Origin: Octopus vulgaris
Taxonomy: Eukaryota
Assembly (NCBI GenBank): GCA_951406725.2
Contig: OX597825.1
Span: 24,490,001-24,554,000, forward strand
Reading direction: 5' to 3'
Length of the DNA stretch: 64,000 bases
Shown here: one piece after another, positions 37,438 to 52,237 of the stretch
Layout of the letters: the number at the start of each line of letters is the position of its first letter
How positions within the stretch are numbered: the first letter of the stretch is position 1
The notes under the pieces: model-generated
What the model was told of the DNA's origin: nothing
The model's input: the letters and a program-made list of their open reading frames with translations, nothing else
Database searches by the model: none
Made by a program: the position numbers and the translations under genes

Positions 37438-37956
37438 TTGAGTAAGTTGAGAAAGAAATATTTTGGAAGATCAATCATAAATATCAGGCAGTGACAACTG
37501 AAAGGTCTGCTTCAAAGTGGACAGCAAAACACTAACATTTAAAAGGGACAGACGAACTTGCGAGCTGAATAAAAATAAAAAAAATATTGGAAACCAAAGT
37601 TTGAAGGGATAGAATCTGAGGATAGTGCTACAGATGTACGAGCACACACGAGATTGAGACATGGCCAACCTCACACACTTCTCATGAGGAATTCCAGAAG
37701 AAGCATCATGAGACCACCGCTGAGACACTTCCAAAAGAAGATAAAAAGGAAAAGCTGTTAGAAAACCGATTATAGCAGCGACTCCATCTAAGAATATCTG
37801 AAGTGGGAATATTATTCCGAAATAGCATATCAGACTATGGATAACTAAATTACAATAGGTATATAGCCCATTGTCTGTATTATAGTGCATTCTTGTACCA
37901 TTCAAAACTTTTTATTCGTTACAAACAATGCACAATGCTTCAAGTGAACTACAATA

Positions 37957-38006
<50 letters not shown>

Positions 38007-38091
38007 ATCCATACAAGAAAACAAAAAGACAACAACGCAAGGATGTGGAACAAATAAAGTATTATTGGACGCTCAGGAAAGAAGGGAAGAA

Positions 38092-38137
<46 letters not shown>

Positions 38138-38579
38138 GAGTGTATTTTTACCTTGTTAACAATTAACACGGAAAAGTAAATAAATAGTTACCAGGGCAGC
38201 AAAAATCTCACAAGTAAAGGAATTTTCGAAACATGTGTCGAAAGTAAAAATATTTGATTACACCTGCGTTAACTCCATTTTTTATTCATATATATATATA
38301 TATGTATGTATATATATATACATATGTACATTTCAATGTCTGCCTTCATTTATTTTCAATGTGCTAAAATAAGAATAACTTTTTCGTGGTTTGGGATTTA
38401 ACTCCCATGTCTAGCGTGATGGAAAACCACTTAGTGGCTTTCCCTTTGTGTTTAATTTCTATACACACTTATAATATAATAATATTTGCAGTCTATGGAC
38501 ATTTTTTACTCACGCTGGCCACTGGTAAAAAATTAATATTTAATTTTTACCCTATATCTAAAATAAAATTTTAACATAC

Positions 38580-38628
<49 letters not shown>

Positions 38629-39374
38629 ATATAAAGAAAATAGAGAGTTTGATTACAGTAAAATCAATTAATTTGCATAACTGTCAATCCCATAAGCCCT
38701 ATAATCATTTCAATGTCTATCTTCATTCATTTTACAATTAATTATTGTATTATGAATTCAAAGTTAGAAATCTCTTCAGGGCCAAAATCGACATATTTCT
38801 TTATACCTTAATAGATTGAGAGTTCATTATAAACTAAGACAGCAGGATGAGTTTTTGTGTGAGTGTGTGTTTTTGCCTTGAAGCTGAATTGCCCTATGTG
38901 TCTTTCTTTTAAGTATGTGTGTGCATCAGCTTATTTGTCTTTGGAATTCTGTTCTAAAAATAGCCAAAGTTTAAAATTTGACCATAGCAGAATTTAGGTC
39001 ATTCTACCATTCTCCCTAAGGAATTTATATTGGTTTATTATATTGGTGCAGGTGGCACGTAAAAAGCACCCACTACATTCACGGAGTGGTTGGCGTTAGG
39101 AAGGGCATCCAGCCATAGAAACACTGCCAGATTAGACTGGGCCTGGTGCAGCCTTCTGGCTTTCCAGACCCCAGTTGAACCATCCAACCCATCCTAGCAT
39201 GGAGAACGGACGTTAAACGATTATGATGATGATGATTATTATTATTAGAGCCCGGATGTCATTGTATAGTTTTCCATTCCGTTGGCAAGTAGAATAGGAG
39301 ACCTGATTGTCTGGAAACACATAAATGGTAGAATGTAGTGAAAACCACGGAAACTGTCTACAAACTATTATTCT

Positions 39375-39790
39375 TATTTCTTTATTGCCCACTAGGGGCT
39401 AAACATAGAAGGGACAATCAAAGACAGACAAAGGGATTTAGTTGATTACATCGACCCCAGTGCTTAACTGGTACTTATTTAATCGACCCTGAAAGAATGA
39501 AAGGTAAAGTCGACCTCGGAGGAATTTGAACTCAGAGCGTAAAGACAGACGATATACCTATTTCTTTATTACCTACAAGGGGCTAAACATAGAGGGGACA
39601 AACAAGGACAGACATAGGTATTAAGTCGATTACACCGACCCCAGTGCGTAACTGGTACTTAATTTATCAACCCTGAAAGGATGAAAGGCAAAGTCGACCT
39701 TGGCGGAATTTGAACTCACAACGTTGCGACAGACGAAATGCTGCTAAGCATTTCGCCCGGCGCGCCAACGTTTCTGCCAGCTCGCCGCCT
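39375..39790 (-). mobile_element. SINE family B with duplicated body (dimer), 18-bp TSD
   Basis: TSD tctacaaactattattct at 39357-39374 and 39791-39808; ~190-bp body present twice. Confidence 0.92.
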
Positions 39791-39876
39791 TCTACAAACT
39801 ATTATTCTACAATTTTTGTAGGCTCAGTCTGATGCCAAGGATACTTACTGACACCACCACCACCACCACCATCACT

Positions 39877-39907
<31 letters not shown>

Positions 39908-40816
39908 CCATCATCATCATCATCGTTGTCGTCATCATTAAACATCTATTTTCTATGCTGGCATGAGTTGGACAGTTTGACTGGAGCTGACCAACTGGAG
40001 AACTGCACCAGGTTTCATTTGTCTGTTTTGGCATGGTTTCTTATGGCTGGATGTCCTTCTTAATGACAACCCCTTTACAGAGAGTATTGGGTGCTTTTTA
40101 TGTGACACTAGCATGACACAGGTGCTTCAGTGTGTAGTATAGAACACCCCTTGGCCAGTGCCACAGGTGTTCTAGCCTAACCTAGTTGGAATCATTTTCA
40201 AGTATTTGCAAGTCTCACTTTGGATGTATTAAAGGAAATCTTTCGAAGATTTCTGGTTTCTTTTTTGGCAATATGTTTAAGGAATTTTGAACCTCTGGTT
40301 TGAAATGAATTTTCCCTCAGGATCTGTACATTTTCTTTTGGGGGGCAACTGGTATTCATTGAAGGGATTTTTACAAAAAATTCATTTACACTCATTTTGA
40401 GTTGTAGACTAATTCTGTTGACCTGTTTAATATCAACACCTTGGCAGAGTCTTCTATGTTGCAAATATCAGGCCTTCAGTATAAGGATAGCTTCCTCCTT
40501 TCTTCTCCTAGTCTCAGAAGTTCTGAAAAATGCCATGGGCACTTCCTTTAAAACAAGCAAAAATCAAATCTTAGATATTCTGTCTCACCAATGTTTTAGT
40601 CATCATCATCATCATCATCATCATTTAATGTCCGCTTTCCATGCTAGTATTAAACCAAAAATTGATTCTTTTATAAATATGTTGCCTTATGAACCTCCAA
40701 TGAAGAAACCTCTGTGTGGCCACTTGGCTTGCAAGAAACAACAGCCAACTCTTACTGAAATCACATTCTATTATCTTAAAAGAGGAGGGACAGATTAAAC
40801 AATGTATTCTAAAAAG

Positions 40817-41135
40817 GAGCACTCCATCGGTTGCAAACATGAGGGTCCCAGCTGATATGATCAATGGAACAGCTTGCTCGTGAAATTAACGTGTAAGTGG
40901 CTGAGCACTCCACAGACACGTGTACCGTTAACATAGTTCTCGAGGAGATTCAGTGACACAGTGTGTGACAAGGCTGGCCCTTTGAAATACAGGTGCTACT
41001 CATTTTTGCCAGCTGAGTGGACTGGAGCAACATGAAAGGAAGTGTCTTGCTCAAGGACACAACGCATCGCCAGGAATTGAACTCACAACCTTACGATCAT
41101 GAGCCGAATGCCCCTAACGACTAAGCCACGCACCT
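40817..41135 (-). mobile_element. SINE family D, full length, 14-bp TSD
   Basis: tRNA-like head ggtgcgtggcttagtcgttagg...gagttcaattcc; TSD acaatgtattctaa at 40799-40812 and 41138-41151. Confidence 0.9.
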
Positions 41136-41264
41136 TCACAATGTATTCTAACATGCTTACAAAAGACAGGATGGGCTCAGCAGGAGTGGTTTTGATCAAT
41201 AAATCTGTTACATCAGATCTGACCTGGAGCTGAACAACATGTATGGTCTTATGACCATGTAAGA

Positions 41265-41368
41265 CATTGTCGTCATCATCGTCATCATCATTAGCAGCAG
41301 CATCGTTGTCGTCGTCGTCGTCGTCGTCGTCATCATCATCATCATCATCATCATCGTCATCATCATTG

Positions 41369-41436
<68 letters not shown>

Positions 41437-41458
41437 GTCGTCATCATCATCGTCGTCG

Positions 41459-41494
<36 letters not shown>

Positions 41495-41507
41495 ACATCA
41501 TCATCAT
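41265..41507. repeat. (CAT/CGT)n microsatellite
   Basis: Direct reading. Confidence 0.95.
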
Positions 41508-43330
41508 TACAAAGGTCTTCATTGTTTAGCCAACTATATGTGATTTCCTCTGCTGCTTTTATAGACAACCATGTATATTGGGAAGATCACATTTAAAGAA
41601 TATTTTTCCGATATTACATCACGAACTGGGAAAAGAATGTTTGCTGCTTCACAGCTGCCAAATTCCTGACGAGCAGACACGGCAGATAGTAAAGACACAG
41701 CAGACGGTTCCCACTTTGTGAAGAAGACAGTCATTGTTGGAAATTTTACATTTGTCTGAACATCACTTAACAGATGTAAACATGTAAAATTGAAGTTTGC
41801 AAAGGACGACATAAGAAGTGAAAGGAGACTATTTCAAATGCTATCAAATCAAGATATATTTCTTCTGAGACACATTCAAATTTAATGGATATCATAAGAA
41901 TAAAAAGAGGATGACAAACAAAGGTGGTCAAGTGTTTGGGTGAGGTGTTGAACCAAAATGAATTGTGAATCACCGGTTCAATTCCTTTGCTTGCTTCTCC
42001 TTGTTTCTTCACCTCATTCTATTTATTTTTTTATTTGCTTTAGCTTTAATTATTTTGGTCATTGGATTGTGATCATGCTGGAGCAACATTTTGAAGAATT
42101 TTAGTAGAATGAATTGACCTCAGTACTTAGATTTTTTTTTAAAGCCTAGCATTTACTCTATTGATTTCTTGTTCCAAACAGTCACAGGGCCAAAAATGTA
42201 CGAGCACCAATTGCCCAGTGGTGGTGGGGGACAAGTGCTGACACAAAGAAATTCACACAGATATATTTATATATATATATACAATTATAATTAGTGTTCA
42301 GCTGACTGCTTTACCACATACCGAAATTAGAAATAGGAGTTAAAAGTTCCTTTTCTACTACTATAAGAATCTCTATGATGATAAACATACTTTTTTACAG
42401 AGGCAAAGAGAAAAAGAAGAGAAATTAAATTAATTAATTAATTAATTTTATTAATAAATTTTACCCTTCTATAATTAATTTGAAATTATTATTATACATA
42501 TATATATATATATAGATAGATAGATAGATAGATAGATAGAATGTCTTCTTTCAGTTTCCAAGGACCAAATCCATCCACAAGGTTTTGTCAGCCAAAGGCG
42601 ATAGCAGAAGACACTTAGCTGATGTGCCACATTATGGGACAGAACCTGGAAACAAGCCACTTACCACACAGCCACACCTGCACCTATAACCATGCTACAT
42701 GGTTGGCTCAAGAAGCAGTCTTGAGAATTGAAGAAATTTTTTCTTTAGTTCCAATATGTTTGAGATATAGCTGACCTGTAAAATAGACGTTCATTTTCAT
42801 GGCAGTTTGCCATGAAAAATAAATTTCACTTTAGGCGAAAAGATGTAAAACGCTAACTTTATTTCAGCGCACCCACTATAGACTAATATAAACATTTTAA
42901 GCTCTTTATGCTCAGGTCAGTATTAGATATCGAGCAGAACAACTCTTTGGCATTATACACTATTTGCCTACTAAAACGAAAATTTTTCTCCATGACAAAC
43001 CACAGTGAAAATGGCCTTTTTAAGATTAAATATGCCCGAACAATATTTGACCTTCTAACAAAGTTCATTTATGCATTTATTTATTTACATTGAGTATGCT
43101 TAATCTGGCTGTTGAGAATAAATACCAGAATATTAGAAATATTACCTCTTATAATACAAAAGACTGGAGTTTTAATCTTAGGAAGATTTCCCTTGTGGCT
43201 TTGGTAACTACACAAAAAAAACTGTTTTGCAGTATTTGTTCTCTCTCTTCACACTCTTAGTTCAAATCTGATCAAAGTCAACTTTGACTTCCAACCTAGC
43301 AGGATCATAAAATATATTGTCATGTTTTAT

Positions 43331-43504
43331 AGGCACTGGAGTGGCTGTGTGGTAAGTAGCTTGCTCACCAACCACATGGTTCCCAGTTCAGTCCCACTGC
43401 ATGGCACCTTAGGCAAGTGTCTTCTACTATAGCCTCGGGCCGACCAAAGCCGTGTGAGTGGATTTGGTAGACAGAAACTGAAAGAAGCCCATCGTATATA
43501 TGTG

Positions 43505-43549
<45 letters not shown>

Positions 43550-43758
43550 TTGTGTGTCTGTGTCTGTCCCCCAACATCACTTGACAACCGATGCTGGTGT
43601 GTTTACATCCCCGTAACTAGGCGGTTCGGCAAAAGAGACCAATAGAATAAGTATTAGGCTTACAAAGAATAATTTCTGGGGTCAATTTGCTCAACTAAAG
43701 GCGGTGCTCCAGCATGGCCACAGTCAAATGACTGAAACAGGTAAAAGAGTAAAAGAGT
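43331..43758 (+). mobile_element. SINE family A, full length
   Basis: Colinear with the family consensus. Confidence 0.95.
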
Positions 43759-44559
43759 TGCATTCGCATAGAACTTTTGGTTCTCCAAAATCATCCAAAA
43801 TCTAGGTGAAAAAGTCAATTTTATTTTGTGGGGTGAGGCTGTAAATAAAGATTTGGAAACTCAAACTTGTATGTTGGAAAATACAATATACTAGTAACAT
43901 GTAACAAGAAGAGATGAAAAATAAAATCATCTCTGCTGGATTTTTAAATCAGAATACTAAAAGAATATGACCGATATATTGGTAATTTCTTTTAGACCAC
44001 TGAGTTACCTTTACTACAATTCCACAATATTTCCTTTTATGAAATATTAAAAAGTAGAGAAAAAGTGAAATTGAAGAAATTTGACGAGTTTAAAATAACC
44101 TTTATTGAAGTTATGTAAAATACTAAATTATCATGATTCATATTGATTTTTTTTGTTATTTTCTCCTTGTTTTATTTACATATTTATATATTTATTTGTT
44201 TTTCTAGATTTCAACCTTTTAGCTTTTAAAGAAGCCGTTCTATTTTAATATCAAAGTATGGATTTGAAAAGTCAATGGCTTGAATTCATTTAAACCATTT
44301 AGTTCATCTCTAGAATTTAATTAATTTTATTCTTAATTCTTCTCTGCAGCACAGCAAAAAATATAAAAATGTAAAAAATAATTTTTAAAAAAAGTTTTAA
44401 AAAGTAGACAAAATATTTGAAGCCTGGTTTAAGACTTGAAGGAATTACAATATTATTGACATTTTAACATTTCTTTTTCTGAAGTTAGTTTTGGTTGGAT
44501 AAGTCTTCTGGAAAGCTACGTTTTGCCAAGCAAGCTTTTGGATCCATCACAAATGATAG

Positions 44560-44855
44560 CAAAATCTTTGCCAGTGCTGCAGGACTGGCTCCCATGCAGG
44601 TAGCACGGGAAAACACCTTTTGAGTGTGGTCATTGCCAGAATCGCCTGACTGGCCCTCATACTGGTGGCACATAAAAGCACCCACTACACCCTCATAGTG
44701 GTTGGTGTTAAGAAGGACATCCAGCTGTAGAAACTTTGCCAGATCAACTTGAGCCTGGTGCAGCCTCTGGCTCACCAGTCCTCAGTTAAACCATCCAACC
44801 CATGCCAGCATGAAAAGCGGACATAAAAGGATGATGATGATGATGATGATGATGA
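44560..44855 (+). mobile_element. RTE-type 3'UTR fragment with (GAT)n tail
   Basis: Homologous to 35090-35408. Confidence 0.85.
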
Positions 44856-46281
44856 TATAAATACAAAACATGTCTAAGCATGAACGCATAACCAACTTTG
44901 ATCTCAGTATATCTTTTAATTCATGATCACATACCCATCGTTAAAGGATGATGATGATGATGATGATGATGATATTTTTTTTGGCATTACAACTGACCAC
45001 GTGGAGATGATCGAAATTCTGATCCTCCCTTTTTTTGTTGTTACTAAATATATATATGGGCTGGTTACACCCACTGGCATAGACCATCGGCTTTGCTGAT
45101 GCTGAGACAGTCTCATGTTTCTTATCTCTTGAGACACTCGCCTGCGGTTTTCTGCACTCCTCCTTGCTTTGGAGATATTTCTGGAGAGATTAGATTTTTT
45201 TTCTGGTGTCATATTTTTTCAATATTTTAAACAAAAATTATGACCATGGAAAAAAAATATACCTTAATCTCTATTTTTGTAAGCAGTTGTATGTATGTAG
45301 GATGTCTATATTTTTGTATGCAGTGTAAATTAACCAAATATAAACAAAGTGTAAATACCTTCCAACCTTGCAACTGCTGTAATAATTATGAATTGTTAAT
45401 TGAATGGTAGATGTGTATTTTTATATAACTTGGACCCTTCACGTAATTGTTTTTTGTCAAGAGTTTCACCTCCAGCTGTTCTTGTCACATATGCCCATGT
45501 ATGTGTGGATGTATGTGTGTGATTAATAACATATATAACAGGTGTGCAAACACACACACGCACACTCACAGGCACATACACATTTATATATGAAATGTGA
45601 CGATATGCACACATACACTCTCACATACAGCCACATACATATAGTAAGAATGACACATACAGACATACATTCACACATGTCAGTCGTCCCATGTGTATGC
45701 ATAGATGTGTGTGTATGTTTGATAATGTACCTAATGCAGAAACACACTCACAGTTAGAAAGACATACACACTCATACACCAACACACATACACTCAGAGA
45801 CACATACACACTCATCTAAGTGACGTTGTCGTCATTGTGGTATAAAATGTCCTTTACTGTCTCGTTTGTATTGAACACACAAACACACACATATTAGAAA
45901 GTGAAAGAATAAAAGTGAAACAATATTATATCACAGAAGGAAGTCAATTTGTAAACATAAATTACAAACCTCATTTCAGCATAAAAAGCTCTAGAAGAAA
46001 ATAGCTTGAGTGAAAAAACTTGAGCCACTTTAGGATATCTTTTTCTAATGCATGAACGCTCAGTGGCATGGTTGAATTCTCATTGGTTAGTAATGAAGGC
46101 TTATTGGTTGTATCACAACAGTTTTCGATTGAGGGAGAAGTGTAAATAGTGTTTTTAAACAGAGTACAAAAAATTTTTAAATAAGTAAAGTAATGTTGTA
46201 GAGAGAACATACAAATAGCGTGAAGGTAAAGATATTTACATATGACAAAATTAGATTAACTGGTCAATTATCAGAAAGAGG

Positions 46282-46316
<35 letters not shown>

Positions 46317-46994
46317 TGAATGAAACAGACATAGACTTAAAGAGAGGAACTATTACAGAGGGTGAGAGAGAATATATGTAAGCAAGAGAAACAGAGAATG
46401 AGAAAAAGAGAGAGACGATAGAAATAAGCAGAGAGAGAAAAGGGAGAAAATTGGTTGAAAACTGCAGTTTTTAGAGATAAACCCATGTGAAACACTTTTT
46501 CCCTGCATCTCACTTTATGTGGGAGCTCTGGACAAAAGTTATAGTGCATGACCATCCTTGACACATAAGTAATGTGTGTGTATTGGTTGAAAACTGTAGA
46601 AATGTATAGGTACTACACAAACCGACATACACAGACAAACACATCCTATGAGCTATGTCTAATAATTTCTTCTTTTGAACTTTTTTTTTTCTTTTCATGT
46701 ATGTGAATGATTTTCTTAGGTTTGACAATACTGTGAGCAAATATCATTGAACTGACATTGGAACGAGAAAATCCATTATCGATTCGCAGCATTTGATCCC
46801 TGTTATAATCGTGTCGTTCTACTTGCAGTCAGTTTTCCCAACATCTCAATCGTTAGTAAGATAAATAGAATTAGTTGACAATAATGAACCAAGACATACA
46901 AACCAAACCAAATGAATAACTGTTGTTGACTCTTACTTCAAAATATATACACAATGCCTTTAGCTGAGTATGGGCTTGTGCATGTAGTGTGTGT

Positions 46995-47063
<69 letters not shown>

Positions 47064-48277
47064 TGAAATGGATACACAAATGTGCTGACACATATGTTTA
47101 GCAGGTGACATATATGTTTGATTTTCATCTGGGATTGGTAATTTTAAAGAATATTGGTTGACTGAAGTTTAGTCAGAGACAATTAAAGACATATTGTCTG
47201 CTTTTGTGGTGAGGAAAGACTAAAGAATTGCTTAATTTATTTGTTTTTGTTTTTGTTTTGTTTTGTTCTTAACTTTCTCTTTACAATCTTTGTGCATTAA
47301 AAACATTTTCAATAGCTAAGTGAATAATCAGTTTACAATTTGTGTATTGTAGTTTATATGAACACACACACGCACACACACACATATACATACATATATA
47401 TATGTTTAAGTATATATATACATATATTTTGTACATAGACGCAGGTATGGTTGTGTGGTAAGAAGTTTGCTTCCGAATCACATGGTTCTGGGTTCAGTCC
47501 CACTGCATGGTACCTTGGGTAATTGTCTTCTACTATAGCTTCAGGCTGAATGGATTTGGTAGATAAAAACTGAAAGAAGCTCAGCATATATATGTGTGTG
47601 TGTGTGTGTATGTTATATGTGTGACAAATTTTGAAAATTAAAGGTGTCTATTTACTTCCTGCATGCCTGTGTATATATATATATATCATCATCATCATCA
47701 GCCACCTGGTGTGACTCCCAGACTTACCAGCCCCTGTCAAACTGTACAACCCATACCAGCATGAAAAACACACATTAAATGATGATGATGATGATTCTAC
47801 ATAGCATATGGAGAGAATATTCCCACCTAGTGAAGATATCAGTCGGCACCATCTTCATTATCTTCATCGTTGTGAATAGAAAAACTTTGTTGAAATATAA
47901 TTCTGACTTCATGCCGAGATTTTATGTTGTGAAATTAATCTTTGATCCAACATCAATTCATAATAAACCAGACATAACTGACATTCCTTACATCTACCTT
48001 TAAGTTAAATTTAGGGAAAAAAGTGGTAATTTGCAAAAGCAAATTTAAAATTAATAAGAATACAAAGAAAAACAAAATTCTGTGAATGAAGTTACCTGAA
48101 GAATTTAGCAGCTGAATAAAGTCTGAGACAAAATGTCAGGAATATATACAGCAATTTCTTTTAGAAAATATTTATGTAAATACTATACTATGACATCCTT
48201 TGGGTTTTTTTTTTCTGGAGAGAAATATATTTTAGACAAGTGTGGCATTAAGAGAGATGCTGGATTAATTTGGAATT

Positions 48278-48665
48278 AACTTTAGTTTAAAGTAGCAATG
48301 GATTATATAATCAGCTTACCTTATTTGTGGCTACTTTAAGTAAAAGTTAATTATTTAATTTTAAACTGAAACAAAGTGACCCATTTTTCCTCTTTTTTTT
48401 TTTTACTAACCAAAATTCTTTATATATTGCTAAATTCAAATTTTCTTTAAAGTTTATCTAAATTAAAACTTAGTTTAAAGTAGCAATGGATTATATAATC
48501 AGCTTACCTTATTTGTGGCTACTTTATGTGAAAGTTAATTATTTAATTTTAAACTGAAAAAAAGTGACCCATTTTTTTTCTCTTTTATTTTTATTAACCA
48601 CTGATTGTGGTTAAGCTTGAACTTCAAAATTCTTTAGATATTGCTAAATTCAAATTTTCTTTAAA
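48278..48665. repeat. Tandem duplication, ~188-bp unit x2
   Basis: ttagtttaaagtagcaatggattatataatcagcttacc at ~48282 and ~48470. Confidence 0.9.
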
Positions 48666-49414
48666 GTTGAACTGAATTAAAATCTTCCATCAAAATTTCA
48701 TGTTAACTTAATTTCCAAATAACAGCTTATTTTTATACAGTTATTTTTATACAGTCTTCATTATTTTAAAAATTAGTTGAAACAGAAACAGTGCATTTTA
48801 ACAGAATTGTTGCCTTCTCTAATAGTTGCCATGCTTTATCCCACATCACCTAGCTTTAAAATGCCCACCCCTCAGAATACACAGTCTTGCAAGCTGAATG
48901 ATGACTTCACTAGTGTTGGTTCCCAGTTAAAAGCACCAAGGAAGGGCATCCAGGTGCAGAAACCAAGGCAAAACAGACATTGGGGAATGAAGCAGCCCTT
49001 TGGACACAGCGGATTCTTTTAAAATGTCCAACTCTTGCAAATACAGAATGTGGATATTAAACGACGGTGGAGGAGGTGGTGCTGGTGGTGCTGGTCATTG
49101 TTGTAATGGTGGTGGTGGTGGTGATGATGATGATGATGATGATGACAATGGAATTAAAAAAGAACATTTTAAACCACTGACTTCATGCTCTCTTGTATGA
49201 CTAATATTGATCTGCTTTGGATGGACATTCCACTGGTTTTGGCAATAAACAATCAATTGTTTACTCAACTGAATTTTCTACACATGAAATTAACATGCCA
49301 GTGGCTGCGTATTCCACAACCACATGTTTCTTTAACACAATTTTCCAGTCAAATCAGACTGAAACTATGACGAAGCTGGACCTTTGAACTACATGTAGAA
49401 TTCATAAACATGGG

Positions 49415-49446
<32 letters not shown>

Positions 49447-50814
49447 GAGAGAGAGAGAAAGAGAGTGAAATAGAAAAACTAACCCCAGTACTAAACAAAT
49501 ACTTCATTTATCATCGCTCAGAAGGTTTAGAGGCAAAGTGACTTCAGTGAGATTTGAACTCAGGCTGCAGAATGCCAGAATAAACATTGATTTCAAATTT
49601 TGGCACAAGGCCAGCAATTTAGGGGGAGATGATGAGTCAGTTACATCGTCTCCCAGTGCTCAAAGGGTACTCATCGACCTCAAAAAGATGGTGTGGCAAA
49701 GTTGGCCTGGCAGAATTTGAACGCAGAACATAATGAAGGATGAAATACTGCTGAGCATTTTATCCGACATGCTAACAGTTCTGCCAGCTCCCCACCTCTT
49801 AACCTTTAACACACTGCATTTCGTCTAGAATTATCTCCCCTGCCACTGCCTTGTTACTACAGGGGAGTAAACTCATACGATGACATGATGTACCTACAGT
49901 GTGCTAAAGATTTATACTAGAATAAATATAATAAGACATTCTTTCAGACATAGTAATAACGGTAATAATGGTGCCTGTTTTGCTATTCTGCTATATTTCA
50001 CCCAGTTTACATACAAGTTTGTGTTATTTCCTTCCATTTTCTGTTCCTATTTATTTTATGGACAACATGTGTACCATCTTTACTCTGTCACACCATTATT
50101 GTTCTAAGTAATTTATGTAAATGCATAAAGAGGTAATATAATGATTCCCTAGAAAGCAAAGGCAAAAGAACATTCTTGCTAATGGCATATCCGACATATT
50201 GAAGAATTTTTTTTTGCATTTTTGCCAATTTTGTTTTTTCTTCTGTGGAGATGTTTTTGTTTTTGTTTTTATTTTTGTTTTTCTGAATGATGAGTTACTT
50301 TGTGACTTTGTATCAATATTATCCTCATTATCGTCGTCACCACTGCCACCGGTGTCACATTTGGCAACATATAACTAAAGTAAAAAAAAAAAAAGACGAT
50401 TGGAAGCTCTCCTCCTCTTCCTTTTCCTCCTTACCCTATCAGTATCACTGTCAACATTATAACCTTTAGCAATATATAACTAAATAAAACACCGAAGGTA
50501 GCCTTCCTCCACCTCATTCTCATCCTCATCCTTCTCCTCATCCTTGCACCATCAGCTCAATGAATGACCCTTGGCCATTTCCTCTATGTGTGTTCACTCC
50601 TATAATTAGATTGGGGCAGTTTTTACCTGGTGTTTGATTGATTGGCTACAGATACACTATTTTACATCACCAACTCACTGCACATGTGGAGTTGTTGCTG
50701 TCGTTGTTGTTGTTGTTGTTGTTGTTGTTGCTGTTGTTGTTGTTGTTGGTGGTGGGTGGTGGTGGTGGTGGTGGTGGTGGTGGTAGTAGTGGTGGTGGTG
50801 GTCTTGGTCGTGGT

Positions 50815-51040
50815 CGGCGTGCTGGCAGAAACGTTAGCATGCCAGACGAAATGCTTAGCTGTATTTCGTTTGCCGCTACGTTCTGAGTTCAAATTCCGCC
50901 GAGGTTGACTATGCGTTTCATCCTTTCAGGGTCGATTAAATAAGTACCAGTTACGCACTGAGGTCGATGTATTCGACTTAATCCATTTGTCTGTCCTTGT
51001 TTGTCCCCTCTGTGTTTAGCCTCTTGTGGGTATTAAAAAA
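50815..51040 (+). mobile_element. SINE family B
   Basis: ggcgtgctggcagaaacgttag...gagttcaaattcc...tttcatcctttcagggtcgattaaataagtaccag. Confidence 0.9.
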
Positions 51041-51504
51041 ATGGTCGTGGTCGTGGGGTCTCTCTCACCCAACTTATACAGGAAAATAGCAAGCATGACA
51101 GAGCAATCAAAACTGTAAAAATGATTCTAGCTTAGTGTCTGTCTCTTTTGCTTCATTCCTCCTTTACATCTTTCTATTGTTGGACTTTGGCCGTACTAGA
51201 GTACATTCATGAAGGGTTTTATCAATCATATCAAACTAAGTGCTGTTTTTTTTTTTAAAGTGTAGTACTTTATTTTAGTGATACCCATTTGTTGCGCTGC
51301 TAAGTTACAGGACATAAACACAGAGAGAGTGTTTTCCAAGTGGAGTCAACCAGCCATAGAGATAATTGCAAATATACTCACACACACACACACACGTACA
51401 CACGCACATGCACACACACACACACACACACACACATGCATGCACGCACACACACACACATGAAGTACTCTCATACAGTTTCTATTTATCAATGTAAATC
51501 AGAA

Positions 51505-52185
51505 GGAAGGTGGTGAGCTGGCAGAATCATTAGTAAACTGGGTGAAATGCTTAGCAGTATTTTGTCTTCTGCTATGTTCTGAGTTCAAATTCCGCTGAGG
51601 TCGACTTTGCCTTTCATCCTTTCAGGGTCGATAAATTAGGTACCAGTTATAAACTGGGGTCAATGTAATCGAATTAATCCTCTTGTTTGTCCTTGTTTGT
51701 CCCCTCTATGTTTAGCCCCTTGTGGGCAATAAAGAAATAAAAAACGTTATCACGCCAGGCAAAATGCTTAGCGGTATTTCGTCTGCCATTACATTCTGAG
51801 TTCAAATTCTGCCAAGGTCAATTTTGCCTTTCGTCCTTTCGGGGGTCGATAAATTAAGTACCAGTTACGCACTGGGGTCGATGTAATCGACTTAATCCCT
51901 TTGTCTGTCCTTGTTTGTCCACTCTATGTTTAGCCCCTTGTGGGCAATAAAAAAATAAGAATTGTTTGCTCACCAGGTGAAATGTTTGACAGTATGCATC
52001 AGTCTTTTATAGTTCCTTAATAAACCAGTAGTTGACTTCTGAGTTCAAATTTTGTCAAGGTTGCCTTTGCTCTTCATCATTTTCGGGGTTGATGAAATAA
52101 GTACCAGTTGAGTACTGGGATCAATTCAATCAACTTAGCCCTTCCCCCAATCCTGGAGACCTTGTTCCAAAATTTGAAACCATTA
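51505..52185 (+). mobile_element. SINE family B dimer plus an adjacent degenerate copy
   Basis: Body repeated at 51540-51735 and 51755-51955; third degenerate unit to ~52185. Confidence 0.85.
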
Positions 52186-52191
52186 TTATTA

Positions 52192-52237
<46 letters not shown>

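Noticed and set aside
38215-38245. cGAAAC-ATGT-GTC hammerhead half-motif in a TA insert
   Set aside because: No CUGANGA core or helix I partner found nearby
41534-41812. ORFs on both strands in a CpG-containing unique block
   Set aside because: No recognisable domain and no coherent splice structure
44916-45212. Basic 98-aa minus-strand ORF
   Set aside because: No motif identifiable with confidence; possibly a decayed LINE end
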